Shown: positions 37,501 to 48,255, counted from the first letter of the stretch. The stretch is DNA of 64,000 bases from Burkholderiales bacterium (GCA_035317085.1 DATHHS010000216.1:4963-68962); one strand, 5' to 3'. Translations and numbers: made by a program. The notes: a model not told the origin generated them from the letters alone.

Positions 37501-37594
37501 GACTGCAGAAAATGTCCGCGACGATAGTGACAGGAGGAGAGCTTCGTATTGACCATTCTTTCGTGATCAATCTACACCTTCAAACAAATCACCC

Positions 37595-38878
37595 ATGACT
37601 TCCAAGAACGATCTTCTGTTCGAGCGCGCCCAGAGAACCATTCCCGGCGGGGTCAATTCCCCGGTTCGCGCGTTCCGTGCCGTCGGCGGCACGCCCCGTT
37701 TTGCGGTGCGAGGCGAAGGTAGCCGCCTCTGGGACGCCGACGGTCGCGAATACATTGACTACGTCGGATCCTGGGGGCCGCTCGTGCTTGGACACGCGGA
37801 ACCGGAGGTAGTCATGGCGGTGCGCGACGCCGCCGGCCGCGGCCTAAGCTTTGGAGCTCCGACCGAACTCGAAATCGATATGGCCGAGCGGCTTACGCGA
37901 CTTGTCCCTGGGCTCGAAATGGTTCGGCTGGTGAGTTCCGGCACCGAGGCGACCATGTCGGCGTTGCGGCTCGCGCGTGGATTCACCGGACGCCCCCGCA
38001 TCGTCAAATTCGAGGGCTGCTATCACGGTCACGCCGATAGCTTACTTGTCAAAGCCGGGTCGGGTGCGCTCACTCTGGGCAATCCGAGTTCCGCCGGTGT
38101 GCCATCCGAGATCGCGGCGCAAACGCTCGTGCTTGACTATAACGACATCGCGCAGCTCGATGCCGTGTTTGAAGGGGCGGGCGATTCAATCGCCTGCGTC
38201 ATCGTCGAACCAGTGGCAGGAAATATGAACCTGGTCCCGCCGAAGCCCGGGTTCCTCGAACGCCTGCGCGAGTTATGCACTCGCCACGGCGTCGTGCTGA
38301 TATTCGATGAAGTGATGACAGGCTTTCGCGTCGGACTGCGGGGAGCGCAGGGTCTCTACGGGGTGCAGGCTGACCTCGTGACGCTCGGCAAAGTGATCGG
38401 AGGGGGGATGCCCCTGGCAGCGTTCGGGGGTCGCCGGGAAATCATGGCGAAAATCGCCCCACTCGGTCCGGTATATCAGGCGGGTACGCTTTCGGGCAAT
38501 CCGCTTGCGGTAGCCGCCGGGCTCGCAACCCTGAAAAAACTCGAAATGCCCGGATTCTACGAACGTCTTGCCGACGCAACACGTTCGCTTTGTGGTGGAC
38601 TTGCGACGGCAGCCCGCAGACACGGAGTCGTTTTCTCGGCCCAGTCCGTGGGAGGCATGTTCGGTCTGTTCTTTCGCGCCGCGCCGCCCACCTCTTTTGC
38701 CGAGGTCATGCAATGCGACAAGCTCGCATTCAACCGCTTTTTCCACATCATGCTGGAGCGTGGTGTTTACCTGGCACCTTCGGCCTACGAGGCAGGCTTC
38801 GTCTCGGCGGCGCACTCCGACAAGGACATTGCCGTCACAATCGCCGCGGCGGACGCAGCGTTCGGATTGATGTCCTAG
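37595..38878 (+). CDS. hemL: Glutamate-1-semialdehyde 2,1-aminomutase
   Basis: [36 protein letters not shown]...[11 protein letters not shown]...[10 protein letters not shown]...[17 protein letters not shown]. Confidence 0.93.
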   Translation: MTSKNDLLFERAQRTIPGGVNSPVRAFRAVGGTPRFAVRGEGSRLWDADGREYIDYVGSWGPLVLGHAEPEVVMAVRDAAGRGLSFGAPTELEIDMAERLTRLVPGLEMVRLVSSGTEATMSALRLARGFTGRPRIVKFEGCYHGHADSLLVKAGSGALTLGNPSSAGVPSEIAAQTLVLDYNDIAQLDAVFEGAGDSIACVIVEPVAGNMNLVPPKPGFLERLRELCTRHGVVLIFDEVMTGFRVGLRGAQGLYGVQADLVTLGKVIGGGMPLAAFGGRREIMAKIAPLGPVYQAGTLSGNPLAVAAGLATLKKLEMPGFYERLADATRSLCGGLATAARRHGVVFSAQSVGGMFGLFFRAAPPTSFAEVMQCDKLAFNRFFHIMLERGVYLAPSAYEAGFVSAAHSDKDIAVTIAAADAAFGLMS

Positions 38879-38914
38879 ACTACTTGTCGAACTCCCATCT
38901 TGCCTGGGCGAGGC

Positions 38915-40360
38915 CTAAACCAGGAAGAGCGTCGCCAATCCAAGAAAAATAAAAAACCCGCCGCTGTCGGTGATCGCGGTTATCAGTACCGAGGAACCCA
39001 GCGCGGGGTCGCGCCCAAACCGGATCATGGTGAGCGGGATAAGTACTCCGGCTGTTGCGGCGAGAAGGAGATTGAGCGTCATCGCGGTGGTCATGACCAC
39101 CGCGAGTGATACTTTATGGTAAAGCCAGTATGCAATAAGGCCGAGCGCGCTGCCCCAGACGAGGCCATTCAGCAGCGAAACGCGGAGCTCTTTCGCAAGC
39201 AATTTCCTGCCGTGCTCCCTTTGCACTTGGCCAAGTGCGATCGAGCGCACGATCATGGTGATGGTCTGGTTGCCTGAATTTCCACCGATGCCCGCCACTA
39301 TGGGCATCAGCGCGGCAAGCGCCACCAGCTTTTCGATCGAGTGCTCGAAGGCGCCTATCACGCGCGAGGCGATAAAAGCGGTGATGAGATTGATGGCCAG
39401 CCATGACCAGCGGTTCCTCACGCTCGCCCAGACCGAGGAGAACAGGTCCTCCTCCTCGCGCAATCCGGCCTGCGTAAGAAGTTCGCTCTCGCTCTTGCTG
39501 CGTATGAAGTCGACAACCTTGTTCACCGTCACGCGGCCGACGAGTTTGCCCTGCTCGTCCACGACCGGTGCCGAGACCAGGTCGTAGCGCTCGAATGCCT
39601 TAGCGGCGTCTTGTGCCTTGTCGCCGGGCTTGAGCGTGACTACGTCGCTCAACATGACCTTCCCAACGTTGTGCTCCAGTTCGGAGACGATCAGTTTCGA
39701 GAGAGGAAGCACGCCCTTCAAGCGCTCGTCCCGATCGACCACGAAGATCTGATCCGTATGGTGCGGTAGCGCATCGAACCGCCGCAGATACCGCGTGACG
39801 GTTTCGATTCCCGTGTCTTCACGCACGCTGACCACGTCGAAATCCATGAGTGCACCCGCCGCGTCCCCGGGATACGACATCGCCGCGCGCAACTGCTCGC
39901 GTTCCTCTACGGGCAGCGCTTGAAAGACGTCATGCATGACCTCGTCCGGCAAGTCCGGCGCAAGGTCGGCGATCTCGTCAGCCTCCAGCTGCTCGGCCGC
40001 GGCGACAAGTTCCTGCAAATCCATGTCGCGGATGAGCGTTTCGCGAACCGCGTCGGACGCCTCGAGCAGGATTTCGCCGTCGCGCTCGGCCTTGACAAGA
40101 TTCCACACGACCAGACGCTCATCGAGCGGCAGTGACTCGAGCACATAGGCGATATCGGCCGGATGCATGGAGTCGAGCTTGGCGCGCAGCTCGACGACGT
40201 TCTGCCGGTGCACGAGAGATTCCACGAGTTCATGCTTCGGCATTTCCTGGCGTTCCACCAAGCTCTCGACCAGGCGGTGCCGGCGAAGGAGCTCCCGAAC
40301 CTCGCCCAGATCGGCCTTGAGGTCTTCCAGCTCCTTTTTCGGGCTGAGGCTCTCGATCAT
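38915..40360 (-). CDS. mgtE: Magnesium transporter MgtE
   Basis: N-domain, tandem CBS pairs, and a C-terminal TM domain with PIVAGIGGNSGNQT and DSGGFFIFLGLA motifs. 481 aa. Confidence 0.92.
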   Translation of the reverse strand: MIESLSPKKELEDLKADLGEVRELLRRHRLVESLVERQEMPKHELVESLVHRQNVVELRAKLDSMHPADIAYVLESLPLDERLVVWNLVKAERDGEILLEASDAVRETLIRDMDLQELVAAAEQLEADEIADLAPDLPDEVMHDVFQALPVEEREQLRAAMSYPGDAAGALMDFDVVSVREDTGIETVTRYLRRFDALPHHTDQIFVVDRDERLKGVLPLSKLIVSELEHNVGKVMLSDVVTLKPGDKAQDAAKAFERYDLVSAPVVDEQGKLVGRVTVNKVVDFIRSKSESELLTQAGLREEEDLFSSVWASVRNRWSWLAINLITAFIASRVIGAFEHSIEKLVALAALMPIVAGIGGNSGNQTITMIVRSIALGQVQREHGRKLLAKELRVSLLNGLVWGSALGLIAYWLYHKVSLAVVMTTAMTLNLLLAATAGVLIPLTMIRFGRDPALGSSVLITAITDSGGFFIFLGLATLFLV

Positions 40361-40522
40361 GCGTGTGGACTTTCGCCGTGAATTACACGCTCGTGCCGCT
40401 GGGAAACGCCGTACGCGGCTGCGGCGATTCTAGCAGCCGGCTGCTGGGTGGCGAAAGAAGAATCTCGCCGGACTCTCGGCGGTGTCACTCTCACAAATAT
40501 CCTCTACGCTACCCGCGAGCCA

Positions 40523-41227
40523 CTAAGGAATTTGTGCGGCGAACATCTGCGCCAATATGCTTTCGCTGTAGCTCGTTAGATAGGGCGAGTCGCGATTGCG
40601 GTCGTAGTACCGCGGGCGTGGAAGCATCGCCGCCAGTCGTGCCGCCTGCTCGGGCTGAAGGCTCGCCGCGCCGACGTCAAAGTAGTAGCGTGCCGCCGCT
40701 TCGGCTCCAAAAACGTGATCGCCCCATTCCGCTACGTTGAGATAGATTTCATAAATTCTGCGCTTCTCCATAGCAGCCTCTATCATCGCGGTGAGGATCG
40801 CCTCCTGAGCTTTGCGCAGGAGGCTGCGCTCGCCTGAAAGAAACAGGTTCTTCGCAAGCTGTTGAGTAATGGTGGAACCCCCGGCGACAACTTTTCCGCG
40901 CCGCTGGTTCTTCTCCATTGCACGCTGAATGCCCTCCCAGTCGAAACCTTCGTGATCGGTGAACTTTGCGTCCTCGGCGACGATGATGGCACGCTTCAGG
41001 TGGACGGAAATATGTTCATAGCTTGCCCATGTCTGTTCAAGCACTGCCTTCGGCTTTTTCTGCCGCAGTGTTTCCAGGCGCACTTCCATGACTCGGGTCG
41101 TCGAAGGATTGTGCTCGATCCAATACAAGATCTGCGCAAAGAACCAGAACTCGTAGACGGCAAAGGCGATGACTGCCGTTCCCGTGGCGAAGCAGAATGC
41201 TTTCCACGCAGTAACAAGCAGCCTCAT
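40523..41227 (-). CDS. mtgA: Monofunctional biosynthetic peptidoglycan transglycosylase
   Basis: N-terminal TM helix, then AIIVAEDAKFTDHEGFDWEGI...GGSTITQQLAKNLFLS...RKAQEAILT...KRRIYEIYLNVAEWG (GT51 motifs). Confidence 0.9.
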   Translation of the reverse strand: MRLLVTAWKAFCFATGTAVIAFAVYEFWFFAQILYWIEHNPSTTRVMEVRLETLRQKKPKAVLEQTWASYEHISVHLKRAIIVAEDAKFTDHEGFDWEGIQRAMEKNQRRGKVVAGGSTITQQLAKNLFLSGERSLLRKAQEAILTAMIEAAMEKRRIYEIYLNVAEWGDHVFGAEAAARYYFDVGAASLQPEQAARLAAMLPRPRYYDRNRDSPYLTSYSESILAQMFAAQIP

Positions 41228-41308
41228 GGAATTACCGATCTCAGCGTAACGGTCAGCGATTGCGACTCGGCCTGTCCCGCGTCCGCTGCGGAAAAGACCA
41301 TTCCATCC

Positions 41309-42232
41309 TCACTCGCTGAATACCTTGTCACCTCGAGCGAAGTGCCAGGTGCGGGTAATCACCAGGATGTCAGTTTCCGTGCGGATGTCCGGGGGAAATT
41401 TGGCATAGGGCGCCGCCAGCTGGACTATTCGCTCCGCAGCGGCATCGAGGACCTTGTATCCGGAGGATCGCTCCAGATCCATCGCCGCCAGCGTGCCATC
41501 CGAATTGATCGACACCGTAAGCCTCAAGCTGCCGTAGATTTTGCCGCGTGCCCGCTCCGGATAGTTCAGATTTCCGATGCGCTCGATCTTTTGGCGCCAG
41601 TCTTCCACATAGAGTGCGTAACGAATCTCGGCGGCACGGGCGCCGACGAAGGTCTTGCGCGGGCGCTTGTTGTACTCCTCGATCTGGCGTGCGATTTGCG
41701 CTTCCATACGCGCGATGATCAAAGCGCTGTCTGCGAGCTCTGCTCCAGAGACCTGCGACTTCGGTTCGGTTTGTGGTTTCGGCTCGGGGGCGACTACCTT
41801 TCTGTCGGAGAGCGTCGTTTGAGACAGCAGTTGTTTTTGGCGCGCCTCCAGTTCCTGAACGCGGCGCGAAGCTTCTTTCAGATCTTTGCCGGGTTCGACC
41901 GACTGAAGAACGGGGAGCGGTGACTTCGCCCGGCGCTCAAGGTCCGTGTTGCCGCCGCCGTCGAGGTTTGCCTGGGCGTGTACGTCCGGCCGGGTCGGCC
42001 TCGAGCGGGTCTTGGAATTGACCAACACGACTTCCAGCTGTGACGGGGCGAGTCTGCGCAGCGTGTCGGGCAGTTTGAAATGGATCGAGAGCACGACCGC
42101 ATGGAGGACGATCGAAATGGACAGCGCCATCGCCAGCACCCGCGATTCGGGATCGAGTCCCGCCAGCGGCGCCGGCCACTGTCGCACCAGCCGATAGGAA
42201 TCCGCTCTAGGAATGCCCAAGGTAGATCCCAC
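41309..42232 (-). CDS. TonB-family (energy transducer C-terminal domain) protein
   Basis: TM segment MALSISIVLHAVVLSIHF, a charged linker, and a C-terminal YPERARGKIYGSLRLTVSINSDGTLAAMDLERSSGYKVLDAAAERIV typical of the TonB_C fold. The start is uncertain. Confidence 0.7.
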   Translation of the reverse strand: MGSTLGIPRADSYRLVRQWPAPLAGLDPESRVLAMALSISIVLHAVVLSIHFKLPDTLRRLAPSQLEVVLVNSKTRSRPTRPDVHAQANLDGGGNTDLERRAKSPLPVLQSVEPGKDLKEASRRVQELEARQKQLLSQTTLSDRKVVAPEPKPQTEPKSQVSGAELADSALIIARMEAQIARQIEEYNKRPRKTFVGARAAEIRYALYVEDWRQKIERIGNLNYPERARGKIYGSLRLTVSINSDGTLAAMDLERSSGYKVLDAAAERIVQLAAPYAKFPPDIRTETDILVITRTWHFARGDKVFSE

Positions 42233-42314
42233 TAAAAGCTTTTTGAATCATGCAATTCTAAGCCTTATTTCGAGCTTTGTCTCATGAGCGATAAAAGGGG
42301 CCAGCTTCAAGTCT

Positions 42315-44174
42315 CTAGGAGGCGCTCCTGAGGTTACGGAATACACACTTGAGGCTGACTTCGACGAGATCAACCTCGGTTACCGCGACTTCGACGCCCG
42401 TGCCCGGGGCAAGTTCGGGCATTGACGGCACCCGTGCGTATAGCGGGAGGCCATCGAACTTGACCAGATTCTCGCGCACGACCTCGGCCCCTGCAATGTC
42501 GATCGACTCCTGAAGCAGCCACCTCAGGCACCAGTAATGCTCCATACGGCTCTGGAACTCATCGTAGGTGGCGTATGTCGTTTCGAAATCATGCACCACG
42601 GCAAGCATGGTGTCTGCATTGCGCGAAAACGGTGGGACTTGTCCATCAAGGACCGCGACAAGCTGCCACTGATTCATCAGATCCACATACCGGCGAAGTG
42701 GCGAGCTCGCCCAGGCGTAGTGGCTGATACCCAGACCCTGATGTGCCATCGCGGATGTGGTCATCCTCACCTTGCCTGCGGATTGGACGCGGTAGATCGC
42801 CGCGACGTCGTGATCGTCGAGCAGTTTCCCCCAGCGGCCGTTGACGGCGATCATCAGCTCGGAGACCAGCTTGTCGAGCGGGGTGCCACGCCGGCGCTCG
42901 GAAATTGTCACGCGCGCTTTTTCCCCGCTGCCCGCGACGCGGAAGGTGTAGTCGGGGCGCTCCGGAGCGGCAGAGAGCTTGCCGCGGATTCGCTCCAGTG
43001 CGACCGCAACTTTCCAAAGCGTGTTCAGTTCACGCGAATAGGGAATGTCCGTTGGCGATGCTCCCTCAGCGAAGGCCGTATCGAGTTTTTCCACAGCCTG
43101 ATGGCGGAGATTGGCGACAATGCGCACGCGTTCAAGGCGCGTGTGATGGCTTTCCACGGCGAAATCGTCGGCGCCCACCTCGAGGTACAGGGAAAGCGCC
43201 GGCCGCTCGGCTCCTTCGGTCAATGAATAGCGAGCGATCGTTTCGGGCGGCAGCATGGTGATCTTGCGGCCGGGCATGTACACCGTGGACAACCTCTCGC
43301 GCGCTACTGCATCGAGCGGCGATCCAGGCGCGAACCCGAGCGCCGGAGCAGCGATGTGGATCCCGACGCGAAATCGGCCGTCGGCGAGCGGAACGAGGGA
43401 AAACGCGTCATCGATTTCCGTCGTTTCCGCGTCGTCCAGGCTGAATGCAGCGCCTTCGGCGAGTGGCAGATCCCGGGGTTCATTGGCCTCGATCCCCGAG
43501 GGGAAGCCCGTCCCTTTTGGAAAGCATTCATACAGAAACCGGTCAAGGTGATATTCATGGCTGGGGGGCAGCGCGCCGCAGCGCTCGATCAGTTTTGCCG
43601 CGGACAATCCGGTTTTTCCGCAAGCTTCTTCGAGCGCCTTGGTTTCAGGCCGGTTTCGATCGGGCTTGTAAAGAAGTTGCTTGATGAGTGGCCGGAACTC
43701 TTCTGGGAAATCACCGTGAGCGAGTTGCTCCGCCCAGTCGCTGGTCTGCAGTTTCTGCTTTTCCCTCCTTTCGATACCGGCAAGTGCTGTGCGCAAGGTC
43801 TCGGACGGCGCCGCCCGGTATCGTCCCCTGCCCTTGCGGTAAAAATACACCGGCGCAGAATGTAACTTCACGAGGATGCCGGCTGACTCCACTGCCGAGG
43901 GCGTGCGGCCGCAGTACTCGCGCGCGAGCTCAGCAAATCCGAATTCCTCCATCTCGCAGCACTGCCACAGGAAATCAGTCTCTATCCCGCGGGCCAACTC
44001 TTCGGCCCGAGCAAGCAGTTCCGCAGCGCCGGGTTCTTGAAAGCGCAGCAATATGTCCCTTGCCTTGATTTTGGCGCGCTTGCCGTGCGGCGCCTCGACT
44101 TGCAGGGACGTGTCGCCGTCGGCCAGCACCGTGGCGACCTTGAATGCGCCGTTGTCTTCGTAGAGAACATTCAT
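42315..44174 (-). CDS. RNB-domain exoribonuclease (RNase II/R family)
   Basis: MNVLYEDNGAFKVATVLA... at the N-terminus. RNB core FSLDDAETTEIDDAFS...TVYMPGRKITMLP...HQGLGISHYAWASSPLRRYVDLMNQWQL. ATG 44174 was chosen inside the 682-aa ORF. Confidence 0.8.
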   Translation of the reverse strand: MNVLYEDNGAFKVATVLADGDTSLQVEAPHGKRAKIKARDILLRFQEPGAAELLARAEELARGIETDFLWQCCEMEEFGFAELAREYCGRTPSAVESAGILVKLHSAPVYFYRKGRGRYRAAPSETLRTALAGIERREKQKLQTSDWAEQLAHGDFPEEFRPLIKQLLYKPDRNRPETKALEEACGKTGLSAAKLIERCGALPPSHEYHLDRFLYECFPKGTGFPSGIEANEPRDLPLAEGAAFSLDDAETTEIDDAFSLVPLADGRFRVGIHIAAPALGFAPGSPLDAVARERLSTVYMPGRKITMLPPETIARYSLTEGAERPALSLYLEVGADDFAVESHHTRLERVRIVANLRHQAVEKLDTAFAEGASPTDIPYSRELNTLWKVAVALERIRGKLSAAPERPDYTFRVAGSGEKARVTISERRRGTPLDKLVSELMIAVNGRWGKLLDDHDVAAIYRVQSAGKVRMTTSAMAHQGLGISHYAWASSPLRRYVDLMNQWQLVAVLDGQVPPFSRNADTMLAVVHDFETTYATYDEFQSRMEHYWCLRWLLQESIDIAGAEVVRENLVKFDGLPLYARVPSMPELAPGTGVEVAVTEVDLVEVSLKCVFRNLRSAS

Positions 44175-44286
44175 GAACTGGGGGTGAACCGGAGACGGGC
44201 CGCATCGCACCGGCCCGATGGATGCGATAATCGTATTGTAGCGTTGCCCCCCTCCCCCGCGCGCCAACAACCTTGGAACTTTAGAA

Positions 44287-45426
44287 ATGCCAAAGATCGA
44301 GTCGATTTCCGTGGCGACCGCCCGCGTCCCGCTGGATAACGCAACCAGCTTCGCTACGCGCACCGTATCGGCACGCGACTATGGCCTTGTAAAGGTGAGG
44401 GCCGGAGACGTCGAGGGGATCGGATTTTGCTACGCAGGATCCTCCGGAGGAACTCTCGTTGCGCACGCCGTGGAGCATTTGCTTGCGCCGATCCTGCTCG
44501 GCAACGACAGTCTGCTTGTTGAGGCCTTGTGGCAGCGGATGTTCCAGGAGACCCTCTTGCACGGGCGTGCCGGTAGCGTCATGCGCGCGATTTCGATCCT
44601 CGACTGCGCGCTGTGGGACCTGAACTCGCGCTCGGCAAACCTGCCTCTGTACAAATATCTGGGGGCCGCAGCGGACGGCGCCGTTCCCGCCTATGCAAGC
44701 GGCGGCTATTACCTCCCGGGCAAAACACCTAAAAAGCTGGGCGAAGAGATGGCCGGCTATGTGAAGGCTGGCTTTCGCGCCGTAAAAATGAAGGTGGGGC
44801 GCCTCTCACCCAAAGAAGAAGAGGCGCGGGTGAAGGCGGCGCGCGATGCGATCGGGCCGGAAATCGAGTTGATGCTGGATGCCAACAACGCCTGGCACGA
44901 CCTGCCTACGGCAATGCGGTATATGGATCGCTTCGAGCTCTACGACCCTTATTGGATCGAAGAGCCGTTCTTCCCCGATGACATCGACAACCATGCGCGC
45001 CTCGCGAAACTCACGCGCGTGACGGTGGCGACCGGCGAGATCGGCACCGGGCGCTGGCACTTCAAGGAAATCCTCGATAAGGGTGCCGCGCAGATCCTGC
45101 AGACCGACGCTCTGGTGTGCGGCGGAGTTTCCGAATGGAGAAAAATCGCCGCCACTGCATCGAGCTACGGCGTGACCGTTTGCCCTCATTGGTTTCACGA
45201 CCTGCATGCGCAGCTCGTCGCGGCAACACCGAACGCTCGTTACGTTGAGTTCTTCCCCGACGACCAGGTCCTCAATTTCCGGCGTCTCATCGACAGGCAA
45301 CTGCAGACGAAAGACGGGATGCTTGTTCTCCCGAAAACGCCGGGCCTCGGTTTCGGGTTCGACGAAAGGGCCGTAGGTCGCTACGCGCTCAAAGACGGGA
45401 AGTCGGTATGGAAGGTGTTGCAGTGA
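44287..45426 (+). CDS. Enolase-superfamily enzyme (mandelate racemase / muconate lactonizing family)
   Basis: FRAVKMKVG...LMLDANNAW...IEEP...GEIG is the MR/MLE barrel pattern with a K-x-K-like segment and D/E/E metal ligands. 379 aa. Confidence 0.85.
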   Translation: MPKIESISVATARVPLDNATSFATRTVSARDYGLVKVRAGDVEGIGFCYAGSSGGTLVAHAVEHLLAPILLGNDSLLVEALWQRMFQETLLHGRAGSVMRAISILDCALWDLNSRSANLPLYKYLGAAADGAVPAYASGGYYLPGKTPKKLGEEMAGYVKAGFRAVKMKVGRLSPKEEEARVKAARDAIGPEIELMLDANNAWHDLPTAMRYMDRFELYDPYWIEEPFFPDDIDNHARLAKLTRVTVATGEIGTGRWHFKEILDKGAAQILQTDALVCGGVSEWRKIAATASSYGVTVCPHWFHDLHAQLVAATPNARYVEFFPDDQVLNFRRLIDRQLQTKDGMLVLPKTPGLGFGFDERAVGRYALKDGKSVWKVLQ

Positions 45427-45991
45427 CGCCCATGCCGGCGAATTCCAGTATCAGCGGAATATGCTCGGGAAAGCTCGCACAGGCATGGTTTCCTCCCCGC
45501 ACCGCGATCTGCTTTGCTCCCCGGTACTTTCTTACCGCCACCCGGTAGTCGAGCACCTCGTCCCCGGTTTCGACCAGGAGAAGGTAGCGGTCAGAGTGTA
45601 AGTCGCTCATGAACAGATGCTCCCATTGGTGCAAATGTTCTTCGGAGAGATTGTAGGTTTCGCCGCCGTGATAGGGGTGCTGAGGGCCAAGGTGGTTGCG
45701 CAGGCCCACGTGAGGATCGACGGCCGGATTGATCAGCACCGCGCGCAGGTCGTGTTTTTCGACAAGCCAGGTCGCGTAGAAACCGCCGAGTGAACTCCCT
45801 ACCAGCGTGATTTCTTCCCTGGGCCACCGCGCTATTTCCGCCTCTGCGACCGCCACAGCCTCATCGGGCCGGTGGGGCAGCTGCGGGCATACATACTGCC
45901 CGCCCCTGCCCCGTTCATTCATGTATCGGCCGAGGTATTGCGCTTTGCTCGATTGCGGCGAACTGTTGAACCCGTGCAGATAAATGATCAC
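45389..45991 (-). CDS. YqiA/YcfP-type alpha/beta-hydrolase (esterase)
   Basis: (V)IIYLHGFNSSPQSSKA...ITLVGSSLGGFYATWL...LLLVETGDEVLDYR...GGNHAC. GTG 45991 lies 19 nt after the mpl stop. Its 3' end overlaps the convergent enolase-family gene by 38 nt. Confidence 0.75.
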   Translation of the reverse strand: MIIYLHGFNSSPQSSKAQYLGRYMNERGRGGQYVCPQLPHRPDEAVAVAEAEIARWPREEITLVGSSLGGFYATWLVEKHDLRAVLINPAVDPHVGLRNHLGPQHPYHGGETYNLSEEHLHQWEHLFMSDLHSDRYLLLVETGDEVLDYRVAVRKYRGAKQIAVRGGNHACASFPEHIPLILEFAGMGVTATPSIPTSRL

Positions 45992-46010
45992 GCCGGGTCG
46001 GCCGAGACGA

Positions 46011-47423
46011 TCATTCCCGGGTGGCTGGGGTGGTACGTTTCGAGAGTTCCGCAAGCAACCGGTCATGAATGCCTCCGAACGCTCCGTTTGACATGACGAG
46101 CACCTGATCGCCGGGCCGCGCCTCATTGACGATCGCCTCGACGAGGCGTTCCAGGTCATCTTCGATGCTCGCACGAACCCCCAGCGGCGAGAGCGTAGCC
46201 CTGGCGTCCCAGCCGAGGTTCGCGCTATAGCAAAAAATCTGGTCGGCGCCCTCGAGACTCGCAGGCAAGCGCTCCTTCATGACGCCAGCTTTCATGGTGT
46301 TGGAACGTGGCTCCAGCACAGCCAGAATGCGCGCGCTGCCGACTTGGTCTCGCATGCCTGAAAGGGTTGCGGCTATCGCGGTCGGATGGTGGGCAAAGTC
46401 ATCCCAAACAGCGACCCCCGCCGAAGTACCCCGCAGTTCCATACGACGCCGGACGTTCTTGAAGCGTGAGAGCGCCACTATCGCTCGCTCCGGATCGACT
46501 TCGGCGGCCTGAGCCGCAGCTATCGCCGCAAGTGCGTTCTGCTGGTTATGATCGCCGTGAAGCTCCCAGCGCAGCAGGCCGAGGGGCCTGCCCTGATTCA
46601 GCACCTCGAAACAGCCACGGCCGGCAGGGATCGCACTCCAGCCGGCGGTTGTTCCAAACCGCTCCACCTCAGTCCAGCAACCGCGCCGAAGGACACGCTC
46701 AATTGCCGGGTCTGCACCATTGACTACCAGTTTCCCGGATCTGGGCACCGTTCGGATGAAATGATGAAATTGCGTCTCAATCGCCGCAAGATCCTGGAAG
46801 ATGTCTGCATGATCGAACTCAATATTGTTTACGATAGCGACCCTGGGGCGGTAGTGGACCATTTTCGAACGTTTGTCGAAGAAGGCCGTGTCGTATTCGT
46901 CAGCCTCGATGACGAAATCCGTTTTTTTTCCCAATCTTGCCGACACTTCGAGGTTTTTCGGAACGCCTCCGATGAGGAATCCAGGCGCCTTCCCCACGTC
47001 CTCAAGAATCCAGGCAAGCATAGAGGAAGTCGTTGTTTTCCCATGGGTCCCAGCAACGGCGAGCACCCGTCTGCCGAAGAGAGCATTCTCAGTCAACCAC
47101 TGCGGGCCGGAAACATACGCGTCGCCACGGTCAAGTATCGCCTCCATCAGCGGGTTGCCTCGGGTGATCACGTTCCCGACCACCCAGAGGTCTGGTTTTA
47201 ACGCGACTTGGTCCGCTCCAAAGCCGATCGTGAGTGCTATACCCTCGGCGGCCAGCTGCGTGCTCATAGGGGGATAGACGTTCGAGTCGCATCCGGTCAC
47301 GCGGTGGCCTGCGGCTTTGGCGATCACGGCGATGCCGCCCATGAAAGTACCGCAAATGCCAAGGATATGGATGTGCACGGGCCGCGGGGAGCGATAGCTG
47401 CGCCGAAATGAATACCGGCGCAT
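46011..47423 (-). CDS. mpl: UDP-N-acetylmuramate:L-alanyl-gamma-D-glutamyl-meso-DAP ligase (murein peptide ligase)
   Basis: HIHILGICGTFMGGIAVIAKAAGHRVTGCDSNVYPPMSTQL...AVAGTHGKTTTSSMLAWIL. GTG 47378 is an alternative start that would give the usual (M)HIHILG N-terminus. Confidence 0.9.
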   Translation of the reverse strand: MRRYSFRRSYRSPRPVHIHILGICGTFMGGIAVIAKAAGHRVTGCDSNVYPPMSTQLAAEGIALTIGFGADQVALKPDLWVVGNVITRGNPLMEAILDRGDAYVSGPQWLTENALFGRRVLAVAGTHGKTTTSSMLAWILEDVGKAPGFLIGGVPKNLEVSARLGKKTDFVIEADEYDTAFFDKRSKMVHYRPRVAIVNNIEFDHADIFQDLAAIETQFHHFIRTVPRSGKLVVNGADPAIERVLRRGCWTEVERFGTTAGWSAIPAGRGCFEVLNQGRPLGLLRWELHGDHNQQNALAAIAAAQAAEVDPERAIVALSRFKNVRRRMELRGTSAGVAVWDDFAHHPTAIAATLSGMRDQVGSARILAVLEPRSNTMKAGVMKERLPASLEGADQIFCYSANLGWDARATLSPLGVRASIEDDLERLVEAIVNEARPGDQVLVMSNGAFGGIHDRLLAELSKRTTPATRE

Positions 47424-47500
47424 GAAAAGGAAGCGATTTTAGCCTACTTCGCCGCGTTTTCCGGCTGCGGTATCATCATCCGATCCCTGCCTGCTCTGCA

Positions 47501-48106
47501 ATGCCAAAAGACAACAAGGCCAAGCAGCAACAAATGCGCGCGCGCATCGCTGCCGCCGCTGCTCGGATAATGGCCGAGGACGGCCTCGAGGATTTCGCTC
47601 TGGCCAAGCGCAAAGCTGCGCGTCAGTTGGGTGCGGAGGACACGCAGGCGCTGCCCAAAGACGATGAGATCGAGACAGAGCTTCGAGCCTACCAGTCGCT
47701 CTATCAAGGCGAAGAACAGCGCGAGCGCATTCATTACTTGCGAGAGCGCGCGCTCGAGGCGATGCGGCTGCTCGAGCCGTTCCGTCCCTACCTCGCCGGT
47801 GCGGTTCTGAAGGGTACTGCCGGACGATATAGCGACATAGACTTGCAGCTATTCACTGACGACGGCAAAGCGGTGGAGCTTTTCCTTCTGAGTCGCAATA
47901 TCGCGTATGACATCTCCGACCAGCGGCGTTTTGCGGGAGACCAGGTGCGCGCGGTATCAGTGCTCAAGCTCGATTGGCAAGGCGTTCCCGTTAATTTGGC
48001 GATCTACACCTTGAAGGAGGAGCGTGGGGCCGTCAGGACAACGTTCTCCGGGCGTCCGATCGAGCGTGCTGGTATCCAGGCAGTGGTTCAACTTCTGTGC
48101 GGTTAG
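47501..48106 (+). CDS. Hypothetical protein with a nucleotidyltransferase-like (Pol-beta fold) motif
   Basis: GAVLKGTAGRYSDIDLQLF resembles the G-[SG]-x(n)-D-x-D NTase signature. The N-terminus is basic and helical. 201 aa. Codon usage matches its neighbours. Confidence 0.6.
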   Translation: MPKDNKAKQQQMRARIAAAAARIMAEDGLEDFALAKRKAARQLGAEDTQALPKDDEIETELRAYQSLYQGEEQRERIHYLRERALEAMRLLEPFRPYLAGAVLKGTAGRYSDIDLQLFTDDGKAVELFLLSRNIAYDISDQRRFAGDQVRAVSVLKLDWQGVPVNLAIYTLKEERGAVRTTFSGRPIERAGIQAVVQLLCG

Positions 48107-48150
48107 CCGTTTAGTAAGGCGGCTGTTGCTTTGTGTAGAAAACGCCTGCG

Positions 48151-48255
48151 GAATATCCAGATATCCCGTCGGGACGGAGGAAAACATCCCAATAACTTCG
48201 TCCAAAAGTTACTAAAATTCTGAATCGCCTTCGAATATGTACTGAATATCCAGAT
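48151..48255. repeat. Two exact copies of GAATATCCAGAT (48151-48162 and 48244-48255) in an AT-rich 317-bp spacer
   Basis: Read directly from the sequence. The spacer 48107-48423 is the longest AT-rich non-coding stretch outside the integron islet and lies upstream of aroQ-accBC. Confidence 0.5.

Noticed and set aside
40361-40522. Possible Mg-sensing (M-box) riboswitch in the 160-nt mgtE leader
   Set aside because: I could not find the conserved M-box helices or sequence blocks by eye, only a short hairpin (CAGCAGCCGGCTGCTAG) that may serve as the mtgA terminator. It would need an Rfam scan to exclude formally.
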